64,000 nt of DNA from a virus (IMGVR_UViG_3300026737_000001), one strand, 5' to 3'; counted from the first letter of the stretch, positions 20,501 through 28,751 are shown. Translations and numbers: made by a program. The notes: generated by a model from the sequence alone, not told the origin.

Positions 20501-21566
20501 ACTTGATGTCTGGGATACAAGGCAAATGACAAAATCAGAGCTTGAAAATTATGCAACAAGGCTTTCTAAAGCTAAACTTACAAATGCAACTTATACAGGT
20601 ATGATTAATAACCTGACAGATGAAATCAAAAGACTTGGTAAGGGTTATGCAACATCCGACAAAGAGCTTGTTAATTTTGCTTCTGGGCTTGGATTAATCA
20701 CTCAGGAAGCTGTATCGGGTAAACACTCAATGACTAAAAAGTCCGGCTCATCAGTATCAACAGACCAGATTATAAAATGGGTTAGAGAAGGTAAGTTCAG
20801 CAACTTTGAAGGCATGATGGACCTATCACCAGAAGAGATACAGGCGATGAACGATGTCCACTTTAGAATGAGAAAAGATGCAAATAATCCGCTTGAAAAT
20901 GTGGCAAACAAGATATTTTTAAGTGAGAAAGTTGCAAGAGAAATTAACGTTGCAGATTATTCCATGATAAAAGATACAATGGTAGATAGTTTAGAAAAAG
21001 AAATGGCAAGTGTTTATACAACTGGCCCGGGCAGAAATATCTACAAGGGCAATCAAAACTTATCAAAAAATGCTGGTCATATAGCTGAAAACGGAATCAA
21101 CTATACAGGCAATGCAGCTTCGGAATTTTTAAAGGTAGCAAATACCAAAACTGCAGCAATTATGTCATCAGAAGTAGCACAGCATAAGGCTTTCGGTCCT
21201 ATGGCGGCCGCAGGATTAGCTATAGGTGGAGCTATAATGGGTGCTGGAGCTGCAATGAGCACACAGCCTCTACCTATGGACTACATGAATAATCCGGCAA
21301 TGAATGCCGTTTCTGGTGCAGGCTCAAGACAGCCCATGATGGATATGAACAGCATCCAGAATATAGTAAATAATCAGGGTATGGATATCATAATTAATGG
21401 AAACACAACAATAGATAAAGATGTAAACGAATTGGCAGGAGTTGTATCACAAAGCGTAGGTTCTGCAATGAATATACCGGTTAACATAAATGTCAACGCC
21501 AGTGATAATCGAGGTTCAATAAACCAAAGCTGGATAGAAGATAGAATTCTTGCTGCACTTGAATAG
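14505..21566 (+). CDS. giant DEDDh exonuclease / single-chain two-barrel RNA polymerase fusion (putative virion RNAP)
   Basis: Exo motifs FDIE (D128/E130), GHNIENFD (D305), HSAADD (H379/D384). RNAP motifs WENQAIVS (E1233), TK-LFLASE-KVTVRNIVPDEIM (K1333/K1340), RFKGSGR (1771-1777), RSPVIH (1880-1885), FGDSDGD (D1918/D1920/D1922), TQEAVSGKH (Q2067/H2074). Confidence 0.8.
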   Translation: MYDFDNMPAVSSDYKEEMYNKYGLKVTNRVSDPQPSFLFQVSSQRKAKAKLDKAANKAVQYSHNFEEINAIYNDLGKIKNAMTENGVKRGTLDIFKDVNAVTYGRNPHKAIRNWQKAINTNSKIIGFDIESLGDMNEGNIFTPTEISFYSATMNGDELSKRALERSFIVAPNRASVDNINELFDKVQAFYENGRTPMLSDSERRTLGDLIKYSNGAEFVQKNSMTELGKASNMYKQFVTDGGQLKRLSSASSGKKMLALAREGLGNLQKYGKDASSVAQNLSYYLAEQNANSNAFFMGHNIENFDNIGLTKFMQANGFDNGFKPKQYIDTLDLANAFYSTPLDLQKLSSVDTGQLTRLNSGHLKMENLTKVMGFGNYTHSAADDTRKAFNVVSNLFFSQEGLDHINKNILSSGGDFSKNFNISSLKPGDELFSTAGAMDTGKGPLSFVTAFNDGKEVVDGSKFYISSHTKYRFVGSFRNKDSVGVKLQNAMTGENVYVNKSNEKELRQFIYSKFDNAAKYSNTDMQRMYMNTRNDIARSKFRQMTNNISFKNYKNLQATLKAYNLEKAQGRSLLNNELDEIFSYTDKSGSKIIRGNWKENYRRMRGRLTSDAPILDKLVKEVEALHGGDKENPNYWPVQKRHAAVVNAYQEMQKDFGKNKDIINLKSNKAYGIDLLGPDGRNTRISLARKSNARRDLRRLFNYTESTAGRNFKTADGFFIEVLDSVKDHASQYQKNMANKDYEGFMYRLDEIIRPMAKSQDNAFTQINALSDLLVDYRDKIPGLKKSVMEVEGLGARNAFTTQKMMDNVDTYLRKGLDYASGITINHGFAKGLSGGANNSVLTTVRALDEALQKNYMALGVKKEFVSNIPTMESSLNSTIRKFGTAFSSKGDIDLGFELFNTGTVEKPQVSMAIFKQGSDDVLTLDALKANKNAAIIDIPLVNADQYIHYGNQKKISPLALLYRDKFSAGADIKTGTSFSYMMHELNGEANNMIKAAQEGDFRRIEMIANGKIQKSLGYLSGSNKHVRDAEKMYSSTAEADFLKKGYVLFRGVFENQGEQVGLDGETLYPSKKFNMFADGSVQKMIKNKLGIDASLESTRGAHAVNQFFLSSIENRNFVNFGMYNSPGRDNMIQMRNKRTLSKKAIESIQDNINKAKGYSGLSIDPLLITQSEQFLRDTDNAFAKYPGVNVSIANVDELEGIEKLKNAFDKSDKYTMEGVFGKSPANFPSFWENQAIVSQSFADSLHSVNSYTKDYKLSDLDEGFINKVKRSLKDGGSGYRMGYMEQMGPDEIFKRVSRKDGVEHFITGFNINDGKISFKFEENFSTRAGVTKLFLASEKVTVRNIVPDEIMKAAFGEGVHVAGNINHAGHQGYGEVAEGLIKESINKINHSNIDRQIKQEAIQEVQDIVDRTFGLATTIKEEGKTGSGKFRLVINNNKAGFKHLMVAEGGIDQANLGLKNIDPRVANVVRNKGALSIKDLRTNLNNIKSFNLGLKDNILNLEAVLAQNSEDINFMSVGGYGKKGVKVGPRHIGVMMDKGYTEYARWLKDSVLEEAKQANRISSLPGTRGLNGALEGQSRAMELLARAARGEGAVPDGSRINEYTEVLEELSELREGGTQGQEKGLFSKSDLTKTVFDPEYRRRGKNGLYISLPEELEIEFGNEKTGRTRVKLNEIFLSDTAIEMSKKKNGEALYSLGEIGREESDIFNAMREYNTAVQNSSQLAGDLSAREAKEKALRSMKTGIKNYYNAIFHQSTSSHGQKYNRALSARFKGSGRLKLQIMSPALEIADEVNRASGTTEEKISKVARKFDIDEKVIKKAYAVVKGAGYKGLDKSNAIYISRDRAKDMLKGLEKTDKKQFDNIMSGLEEGKGMPGMMFRSPVIHTESAMPVEYRIDDELDYDTVRISSTMAAAQFGDSDGDEVSFVMAYNKQGVRTNAKKMEEEVARVADEMRNTSYNSKGPWVKRNMVALENVTLGKKNYVDSVFETIESNSDFKGKLDVWDTRQMTKSELENYATRLSKAKLTNATYTGMINNLTDEIKRLGKGYATSDKELVNFASGLGLITQEAVSGKHSMTKKSGSSVSTDQIIKWVREGKFSNFEGMMDLSPEEIQAMNDVHFRMRKDANNPLENVANKIFLSEKVAREINVADYSMIKDTMVDSLEKEMASVYTTGPGRNIYKGNQNLSKNAGHIAENGINYTGNAASEFLKVANTKTAAIMSSEVAQHKAFGPMAAAGLAIGGAIMGAGAAMSTQPLPMDYMNNPAMNAVSGAGSRQPMMDMNSIQNIVNNQGMDIIINGNTTIDKDVNELAGVVSQSVGSAMNIPVNINVNASDNRGSINQSWIEDRILAALE

Positions 21567-21577
21567 GGGTGTTTTTT

Positions 21578-24500
21578 ATGGCAAAGTACAATTACGCAAC
21601 AACTAAAAATATAATAATGAAAGAAAATCTTCAGTCAAAGCCTGTTAAAGCAAAAGTCGTAAGAGTTCAGGATGGTGACACTATATATGTTACCAGTTCA
21701 GACCCTATATTTAAGGGTACTGAAAAAGAATTTGACGGCACTTATTCAATAAGACTCTCGGGTGTTCAGGCTCCCGAGGGCACATCTTTCTGGGATATGG
21801 AAGATGATAAGTCTGGCTTAAGAGATTATGATGATTATAGGTACACAGGTTATGAAGAAAAAGATGAGTTTTCTGAAGAGTCCTTTCTTTTTATGAAAGA
21901 CCTACTTTTGGGTAAGGAAGTAATACTTGATTTAAGGACTAAAGAAAACGGGAGCTTGATAACAGGAAGGTTTTCACGGCCGATAGCAATTATCTTTGCT
22001 AAAATGGGAGAAGAATATGTAAATGCCAACGTTTCTCTTTTAACAAACTCTCTCGGGACACCTTATTATGTTGAAGCTATGAACTTAAGTGACAGCGAGA
22101 AAAAAGAGTGGTCTAACCTATCTATTATAGCAGATATGCTGAAGATGGAAGAAGAAACAGAAAAGATTGAAGAGGACTTAGATGAGTTTGTAGGTTCTTT
22201 TGACCCTGAAACAAACATCAAAATAGGTGACAGCATTCTTCCGATACCTCCTGAAGCTATTGTGGTAAACGACATAAATGAAGTCAATCCAACATCAGTC
22301 ATTCGTGGTGGAAGCACTTTAATGTCCTCAACAGGCCACAGGCAAAAACAGGTACAGATGGAGTTTTATTTCGACAGCAACAAAAGAACAAAAGAACTTA
22401 TAAAGGGAAGAACCTATGAAGGTGACCAGATTAACGGCTTTCCTAAATTAGCTGCCGGTAAAAGCGCAGTTATCATGCAGGATGGAGAGGAATTTAGACC
22501 AGTATATTACATAAACGGATTGAGGCCTTTAATGGCCCAATTTAAATTGACACCTTTTTTACCTATAGAAAATGAATACCTAAACAAAACTCATGATATC
22601 TCAGCTTTAACACTTCAAAACCTATCAATCAGTAATGTTGAGGGATTTCCGGGACTTGTTAAGGCTACATTAATAGCACTGGAGTTTAATCATGAAGCTT
22701 ACATAAATATGGTTGGACCTTTTAAAGATGTCTTCGACTGGGGTTTATTTAGATTTTACTACCAGAGACTTATAGATGGTACCGGAATAAAGCATAGGGG
22801 TACAAAACTACCCTTTTACCAGAGAGACGGAGAGGATTTTTCCTTCTTTACAGTAGATAGCTGGTCCTTACAGAAAAGAGAAAACCTTGAAGCTTCACTG
22901 GAAGATGTCTTAAGAGAATACCAGATAGACCTTGAAGAAGGCAGTACAGAATACGAAAAGCTAGTCTTTGAATATGAGGTGTTTACAGAAGCTCTGGAAC
23001 AGTATGAACTTTTTAATGAGCTAAAGGGAAGTTATAACCTTAATAATGAGGATTCAAAAAAAGAGCTTTACCTAGAATACATAAGAAAAATTGCTGACAA
23101 ACAGGAAAGAAGAAATGACAGCTTCAACGATGGGCTCTATTATGAGCCTAATATCCACAACGAGCTTGATTTCTTGGAAAATGGAAGACTTAGCCGCTAC
23201 GATAATCTAATTGAAGACCTTGTTAAAATTGAAGGCTATGATGGTGACTATTTCGATATAGCTTTAAGAAGCGAGAAAAATAAAGAATTTTTAATCAACT
23301 ACTTAAAGCAAAAAGAAGAAGATAATTTAATACCAACAGAACTCGATTTAGTTAAGTCAACTGAAAAAGAAATCGAGAGGATAAAAGAGGCTAATTCTTT
23401 TAATATTAAAATCTCAAGAGACAGCTTTTTATATATCAAAGACAGAGTAATAGCCGGTGGTAAAGACCTCTTAAAAGAAAGAGAAGAAGCTGTATCTATG
23501 ACCGACAATCAGATGGATGATTACGAGTGGAACAAACATTATTACAGCGACCTTCATTTAAACCAAATAAATGTATCGATGTCAAACGGCGTAAATACCG
23601 TAAAGTTAAATATGCACACAAAACCAACTCATCAGTATTTAGGCTCAAAAGATATAGTTATTTCAACTAGCTTTGTCACAGATAACGAACATACATTAGA
23701 GAGCATTAACTTTCTTGCATCTCATACTAGTGCTATGGAGCTTAGATACAAAAAAGTTTTAGATAATCCGGTAATGAAAGTCCAAAACAATATAGTTGAT
23801 ATGTTTGGATTAGATGGTGCTTATATTAAAAATATAGAGACAAATACTGTACCTTCTATGCCGGGATTATTCCAAATTGAGATTTCATTTTTCGGCTATA
23901 TTGGTGCGCCAGGAGACAAAGACTCTCTATCACTTCAGTACCGTTCGGAGCTTGGTGTCGACGGAAAAATGGGTCACGATAATTTAACAGACTATTTCAA
24001 TATGAAAGAGAGACTTAAATACATCAACCTTTATCCGGACCTTGAGCTTCCTAGATATTCAGAGCTTCCATTAAGGCACGAACTATTTGATGCTAATGAT
24101 GACAGCTTTGTAGACCCTGATTTTTATGCTCTTGATGTGCCAAAAGTATTTTCAGAAGATGTAATCAGGGCTTTATATGATGAAGATGATGCAGTAATTA
24201 TCGGTAGAGACACAGAGGGTAATGCTGTTAGAGCTTTAGTTGATGATAAAGGTAATATAAATTTAATTGACTCTAATATTCAAAGCGAATACAAAAGAGA
24301 TTCCAAGCCAACACTTGCAGATATAGCATACGAAAAAGGAGATGTAGGCTACAATGAGTTAAGCGAGTTTATGGATAATAGAAGTTTGGATAGAAGCAAC
24401 ATGTCTTTTGTATCAGACAAAGAGCTTAAAAGCTATCTCTCCTCTGAAGATAAAATGGTAAGCAATGTTAAGCATAGAAAAATAAAGATTAGTGATTTTT

Positions 24501-27500
24501 GGGAGTCATATGTTATTAAATGGCTTGATAGCACTGTTCAGAAAGATATTAGCGAAATCGAAAGAATAATTGCAGCAGGTTTTATTGTAGGAAACTGGGA
24601 TAAGGACTACATAGATGAGGACTACCTGGAGTTTCCAAAGAAAAGCCTTTACAGAAACAGAAGTGGAGAATTGGTAGATGAACTCTCTGAAGCTAGCTAT
24701 TATGGTGTTTTAAATTTAAATGGAGATAATTTAAACCAAGATGTTAAGAAAAAAATAGCTTCTAATTACAGGGCCAGCATACTAAAGTATGAGCTTGAAT
24801 CTGGGAAAATATATGACATATTAAAAGAAAAATCTCCACAAATAAACTTTGACAGAATCGAAGGCACAGGTGTAAGCAATCTTTATGAGAACTATTCTAA
24901 AAGAGAAAGTGTTGACTATATGTTCAAGATGCTTTCATACTTTTTAGTTAAAGGCATCTCACTAAATGATATATCTAATTACGAAGGAGGTTATCCTGAG
25001 TCTGCAAATAATGTCAAGGAAGCATATTTAGAGTTTGAAAAATCAGCTAAAAATATTATAGGTTCTAAGGGTATTTATATAAATCCCACAGAAATGATTG
25101 ATATGCTTCCTAATTTTGCGATGTTAATTAAAAAATCTCTAGAATCTATTAACGGAGATAATTTTGTTTTAACATCTGAAGGAACATACATGCAGTCAAG
25201 AAGAGAAGATGTTAGGTTTGCAAGTTCGTTCAACGACATGCTTGAGTATGACAGAAAAGGAAGGTTAATCAGAGCTTTTCCATCCTATTACATGCTCCTG
25301 ATTGATGAGGGTAGAGAGTTTATGTTCTGGAAAATGCAGGATTTATTCTACCACTACAATGGTGTACAGAGTATAGATGTTGTCAGAGATAAGAAGAACA
25401 TATCAGATACATGTATGATTACAATGTCAAACTCAAAGGGCAGATTATCAGATGCTTCTGGTGGTTACAGAAATAAATACTATCAGGAAAAAGGAGTAAT
25501 GGAGACTTTATGGTCTTTAACACCTTTTGCTGAATTTGAGTGGGAAAAAGCTAAGAGAAACTCAGAGTTTGAAAGCGTACAGCTTGCAACAGGTGCCAGG
25601 CTTCATTTAAGAATGGGCTATGGTTCAACACCAGATAAGCTTCCAACTGTATTCAACGGAACTATAACAGAGCTTCAGCTTGGTGATACTATAACCTTTG
25701 TAGCTCAAAATGACGGCATAGAGTTAAACAAACCAATACCAGCATCTCCAAACGAAAAGACTGATTTTGACATACTTGGACAGCTAGATGAACCAAGAAC
25801 TATAATCAGCAAGATAGTAGGAGATAGAGGCAACTTATGGTCTAGGTTTATGAATAACATTTCAGGTAACTTACTCTATAATGAGAGTGCTTACGGAATA
25901 CAGCATTTTGGAGAGCCCAAAAGGCCTGAGTGGTGGGATGAGAGTCAGTATTTAACAAAAAGACATCCAATAACTGATATATATATAAATCAAAACTCAA
26001 GGTCTAGCGACAAGATGGAAAGAGCAGTCAGGGATGAAGAAAGAACTTATGAGGTTACACAGAACATAAACTCATCTCTTTATGAAAACAAAGACTTCTC
26101 TATGTATCTCTATGGTAAGACAGTATGGGATGTTTTGGAAACATGTGCTCTTGTAGCACCTAACTATATAGCAGCAGTCCACCCATTTGCTTTTAGAAAT
26201 ACAATCTTTTTTGGCCACCCAAACTTTGATTTGGCTTATGACTATGAAGCTGAAATGGATGAAAAGGGCAACTATATCAGGGAAGAATCTAAAGAGGAAG
26301 AAGTTGAGCTTTCGTTTACAGGTAACGGAACTAGAAAAACCTTTGAACTAAGAATGAATATAATTGAAGGAAGTCTTGAAGTTAGGGATGGAGACAAAAA
26401 AATAACAGATAATATCGACAAGATTGACCATAGATTAGGTCGTGTTATTTTCAGTACCCCTCCAAAAGACGATGTAAAAAATGTAATTTTTACCTTCAAA
26501 ACCTTGGTTCGAGGAAAGATAGAGCCGTTAAATGTTAGAGAAAAGTTAAAATCTTACAGGCAGAACCATTTCTATTCAAGCTATTATGACATAATAGCAA
26601 ATAATATTAGAGCTACAGAAAAGAATATGTACACAGCAGTTAAGCCTGTCCTTTCAAAAGACGGAATCTATAAAGAGCTTGATGAGATGTTTGTAGACAC
26701 AGATATTTTTCCTGATAGACAGAGGTTAAAAAAGATAGATACTTCAATACCAACCCCTGATTTTGTCAAGAAATTTACAAACACCTTTCAGGTTACACCA
26801 GAAAACGCTGAGATAAATGCAAGAAGGTATGGGGCTGGAGCCTTAAAACAGGCAGTAGAGAATATGTACGACGGAGAGATAGTAGTTACAGGAGACCCTT
26901 CTGTTAAACCATATGATTATGGATACCTAGCAGATGTAAGAGATAGAATTTCAGGAACCTTTGAGGTTTCATCAGTTGTCCACAGCTTAAATGATACAAC
27001 TGGTTTTGTAACATCAATCAATCCATCACCGGTAGTTTCTGTAAATGAGGGCCTTCAATACGACAAGGATTTTTGGAAGTGGACAAACTCCAAGTTCTCA
27101 AGTCTTTATGCTAACAGTGTTGTAGCAAGGCTTTCGACATACACAGCTTTAGCAAGCCTGAAAAGCGTTCCTAAATACCTTGACGTAACAACAGACGCTT
27201 TAAAGCATTCAAATCTTGGTTACCTTCCATTTCTTTTAGGAAAAAATGTTTTAGAAAGAATAAAGGACCTCGGAACAAAAACAGATAAGTTTGTTATTTG
27301 GGTTTCAAGATTTTTAGATAATGCAAATAAAATGAGCGACATATCCAAGCTTGGTGGAAAAGGGCTTAAGAACGTAGACTCTTTGAGGAAGATGATGATT
27401 TCAGGTAAGTTTTCCAGCAGGGCACAAAAGATAAGTGACGGATTAAATGATTTCAGAAACGGTTATGTAAGAATGGGAGAATACCTAAAAACTGCATCTA

Positions 27501-28675
27501 GAAATGCTGACGATTTTCCCGGATTTATGAATGATATGAGAAAGTACAGCAAGCTCAGAAAATCCGGAATGAAGGTCGGAGATATACTTGACGATGTCAG
27601 GGTTTTTAGAAGGCTAACAACTTACGGACTTTCAAATGCCAAAGATGTAGCTAAGATACTGTCAGGCCCAATGTTCTTTCTCGTGACTGAGGTTGTGGAA
27701 TTTGTAATAGTAAGCCACATCATGAAGTTTCTAAAAAATATGAGGGCTAATAGAGAAGTTCTTACAATAATGCCACTCAAAAGAGATGGTAAAGAATTCA
27801 CGGCAGGACTTGAAGGACACAAGGGCTGTATCATAGGTGACGACCCAAGCAAGATGGATAAGTTCTGGGACAGCAGTATAATAAACTTCTTCATCGGAAA
27901 GTCAGAAGAGTCAATCAGTAAAGATGAGATGAGGCAGTACATGATTGACAATAGTGAGAGGATAACAAACTCGGCAAGCCTTTATGGTGCCAAACAAAAT
28001 AGTGAAATGACAAGAAAAGTTATGGGAGTAACAAACATAGATGATGTTAAGGGAATCTATAAAGACTCATACAACTTAAATTTCACTAAAGAAATTGAAG
28101 AAGAGGCCAAAGAAGAAGCTAAGAAAAAGGAAGTAAAAGATGCCGTTCAAGTAGATAAGAATAATAAAGACGAGGGAAAGAAAAAGACTCAGGAGCTCAA
28201 GTCAATATACGACATTAAAGAAGATAACAGAATTGGCTGGTCCATGAAAGCTTCTCTTTTTGTAAAAGACAATCCTGATATTCTAGCAGATTACAAAGGT
28301 CACAAAGTTCACCCTAAAATAATAACACTTTTTGAATCTGTAAAAAGGTCTTTAGGCTCTACTAATGTAATAGCTCTAGTAGATGGAAAATCTTTCGGCT
28401 CCTATAATGAGGATAAAATCCTCTATGATAATGGACTTGCAATCAGATTTGAGCCAAGAACAGGTGAGATGGATATCAATGATACAGTAAAAATAATTAA
28501 GGAAGCAGCAGTTAACGGATTCGGAACAGTAAAGGTATTTAAAGACAACTCTGTTCAGGTTGATTTATTTCCTTTATTTGACAATAAAAAGCTAAAAAGC
28601 GACACTTACAATAAGGCATATGGAGATGCTAAGAACACTGTCAGCAATACTATTGACGACTGTTACGGAAGTTGA
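21578..28675 (+). CDS. giant central baseplate/hub protein with N-terminal SNase domain and C-terminal degenerate peptidase M15-like segment
   Basis: Start moved to ATG 21578 (SD GGGGTG). VVRVQDGDTI...IRLSGVQAPE...GRFSRPIA SNase motifs; hub-like LHLRMGYG...VFNGTITE and GEIVVTGDPSVKP...FEVSSVVHSL. Confidence 0.65.
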   Translation: MAKYNYATTKNIIMKENLQSKPVKAKVVRVQDGDTIYVTSSDPIFKGTEKEFDGTYSIRLSGVQAPEGTSFWDMEDDKSGLRDYDDYRYTGYEEKDEFSEESFLFMKDLLLGKEVILDLRTKENGSLITGRFSRPIAIIFAKMGEEYVNANVSLLTNSLGTPYYVEAMNLSDSEKKEWSNLSIIADMLKMEEETEKIEEDLDEFVGSFDPETNIKIGDSILPIPPEAIVVNDINEVNPTSVIRGGSTLMSSTGHRQKQVQMEFYFDSNKRTKELIKGRTYEGDQINGFPKLAAGKSAVIMQDGEEFRPVYYINGLRPLMAQFKLTPFLPIENEYLNKTHDISALTLQNLSISNVEGFPGLVKATLIALEFNHEAYINMVGPFKDVFDWGLFRFYYQRLIDGTGIKHRGTKLPFYQRDGEDFSFFTVDSWSLQKRENLEASLEDVLREYQIDLEEGSTEYEKLVFEYEVFTEALEQYELFNELKGSYNLNNEDSKKELYLEYIRKIADKQERRNDSFNDGLYYEPNIHNELDFLENGRLSRYDNLIEDLVKIEGYDGDYFDIALRSEKNKEFLINYLKQKEEDNLIPTELDLVKSTEKEIERIKEANSFNIKISRDSFLYIKDRVIAGGKDLLKEREEAVSMTDNQMDDYEWNKHYYSDLHLNQINVSMSNGVNTVKLNMHTKPTHQYLGSKDIVISTSFVTDNEHTLESINFLASHTSAMELRYKKVLDNPVMKVQNNIVDMFGLDGAYIKNIETNTVPSMPGLFQIEISFFGYIGAPGDKDSLSLQYRSELGVDGKMGHDNLTDYFNMKERLKYINLYPDLELPRYSELPLRHELFDANDDSFVDPDFYALDVPKVFSEDVIRALYDEDDAVIIGRDTEGNAVRALVDDKGNINLIDSNIQSEYKRDSKPTLADIAYEKGDVGYNELSEFMDNRSLDRSNMSFVSDKELKSYLSSEDKMVSNVKHRKIKISDFWESYVIKWLDSTVQKDISEIERIIAAGFIVGNWDKDYIDEDYLEFPKKSLYRNRSGELVDELSEASYYGVLNLNGDNLNQDVKKKIASNYRASILKYELESGKIYDILKEKSPQINFDRIEGTGVSNLYENYSKRESVDYMFKMLSYFLVKGISLNDISNYEGGYPESANNVKEAYLEFEKSAKNIIGSKGIYINPTEMIDMLPNFAMLIKKSLESINGDNFVLTSEGTYMQSRREDVRFASSFNDMLEYDRKGRLIRAFPSYYMLLIDEGREFMFWKMQDLFYHYNGVQSIDVVRDKKNISDTCMITMSNSKGRLSDASGGYRNKYYQEKGVMETLWSLTPFAEFEWEKAKRNSEFESVQLATGARLHLRMGYGSTPDKLPTVFNGTITELQLGDTITFVAQNDGIELNKPIPASPNEKTDFDILGQLDEPRTIISKIVGDRGNLWSRFMNNISGNLLYNESAYGIQHFGEPKRPEWWDESQYLTKRHPITDIYINQNSRSSDKMERAVRDEERTYEVTQNINSSLYENKDFSMYLYGKTVWDVLETCALVAPNYIAAVHPFAFRNTIFFGHPNFDLAYDYEAEMDEKGNYIREESKEEEVELSFTGNGTRKTFELRMNIIEGSLEVRDGDKKITDNIDKIDHRLGRVIFSTPPKDDVKNVIFTFKTLVRGKIEPLNVREKLKSYRQNHFYSSYYDIIANNIRATEKNMYTAVKPVLSKDGIYKELDEMFVDTDIFPDRQRLKKIDTSIPTPDFVKKFTNTFQVTPENAEINARRYGAGALKQAVENMYDGEIVVTGDPSVKPYDYGYLADVRDRISGTFEVSSVVHSLNDTTGFVTSINPSPVVSVNEGLQYDKDFWKWTNSKFSSLYANSVVARLSTYTALASLKSVPKYLDVTTDALKHSNLGYLPFLLGKNVLERIKDLGTKTDKFVIWVSRFLDNANKMSDISKLGGKGLKNVDSLRKMMISGKFSSRAQKISDGLNDFRNGYVRMGEYLKTASRNADDFPGFMNDMRKYSKLRKSGMKVGDILDDVRVFRRLTTYGLSNAKDVAKILSGPMFFLVTEVVEFVIVSHIMKFLKNMRANREVLTIMPLKRDGKEFTAGLEGHKGCIIGDDPSKMDKFWDSSIINFFIGKSEESISKDEMRQYMIDNSERITNSASLYGAKQNSEMTRKVMGVTNIDDVKGIYKDSYNLNFTKEIEEEAKEEAKKKEVKDAVQVDKNNKDEGKKKTQELKSIYDIKEDNRIGWSMKASLFVKDNPDILADYKGHKVHPKIITLFESVKRSLGSTNVIALVDGKSFGSYNEDKILYDNGLAIRFEPRTGEMDINDTVKIIKEAAVNGFGTVKVFKDNSVQVDLFPLFDNKKLKSDTYNKAYGDAKNTVSNTIDDCYGS

Positions 28676-28700
28676 AAAGTGGACCGATATGTGATATAAT
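28672..28700 (+). promoter_or_regulatory. sigma-A-type promoter with extended -10
   Basis: TTGAAA (28672-28677), 17 bp, TGaTATAAT (TATAAT 28695-28700). Confidence 0.75.
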
Positions 28701-28751
28701 AGAATTAGAGGTAGAAAAAGAAATTAATTGAAAAAAGTGGAGGGGCAGCAA

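Noticed and set aside
8676-28675. Inteins or introns inflating the giant ORFs
   Set aside because: No C/S...HN splice-junction or LAGLIDADG motifs were noticed and the frames are uninterrupted; a profile search would be needed for full exclusion
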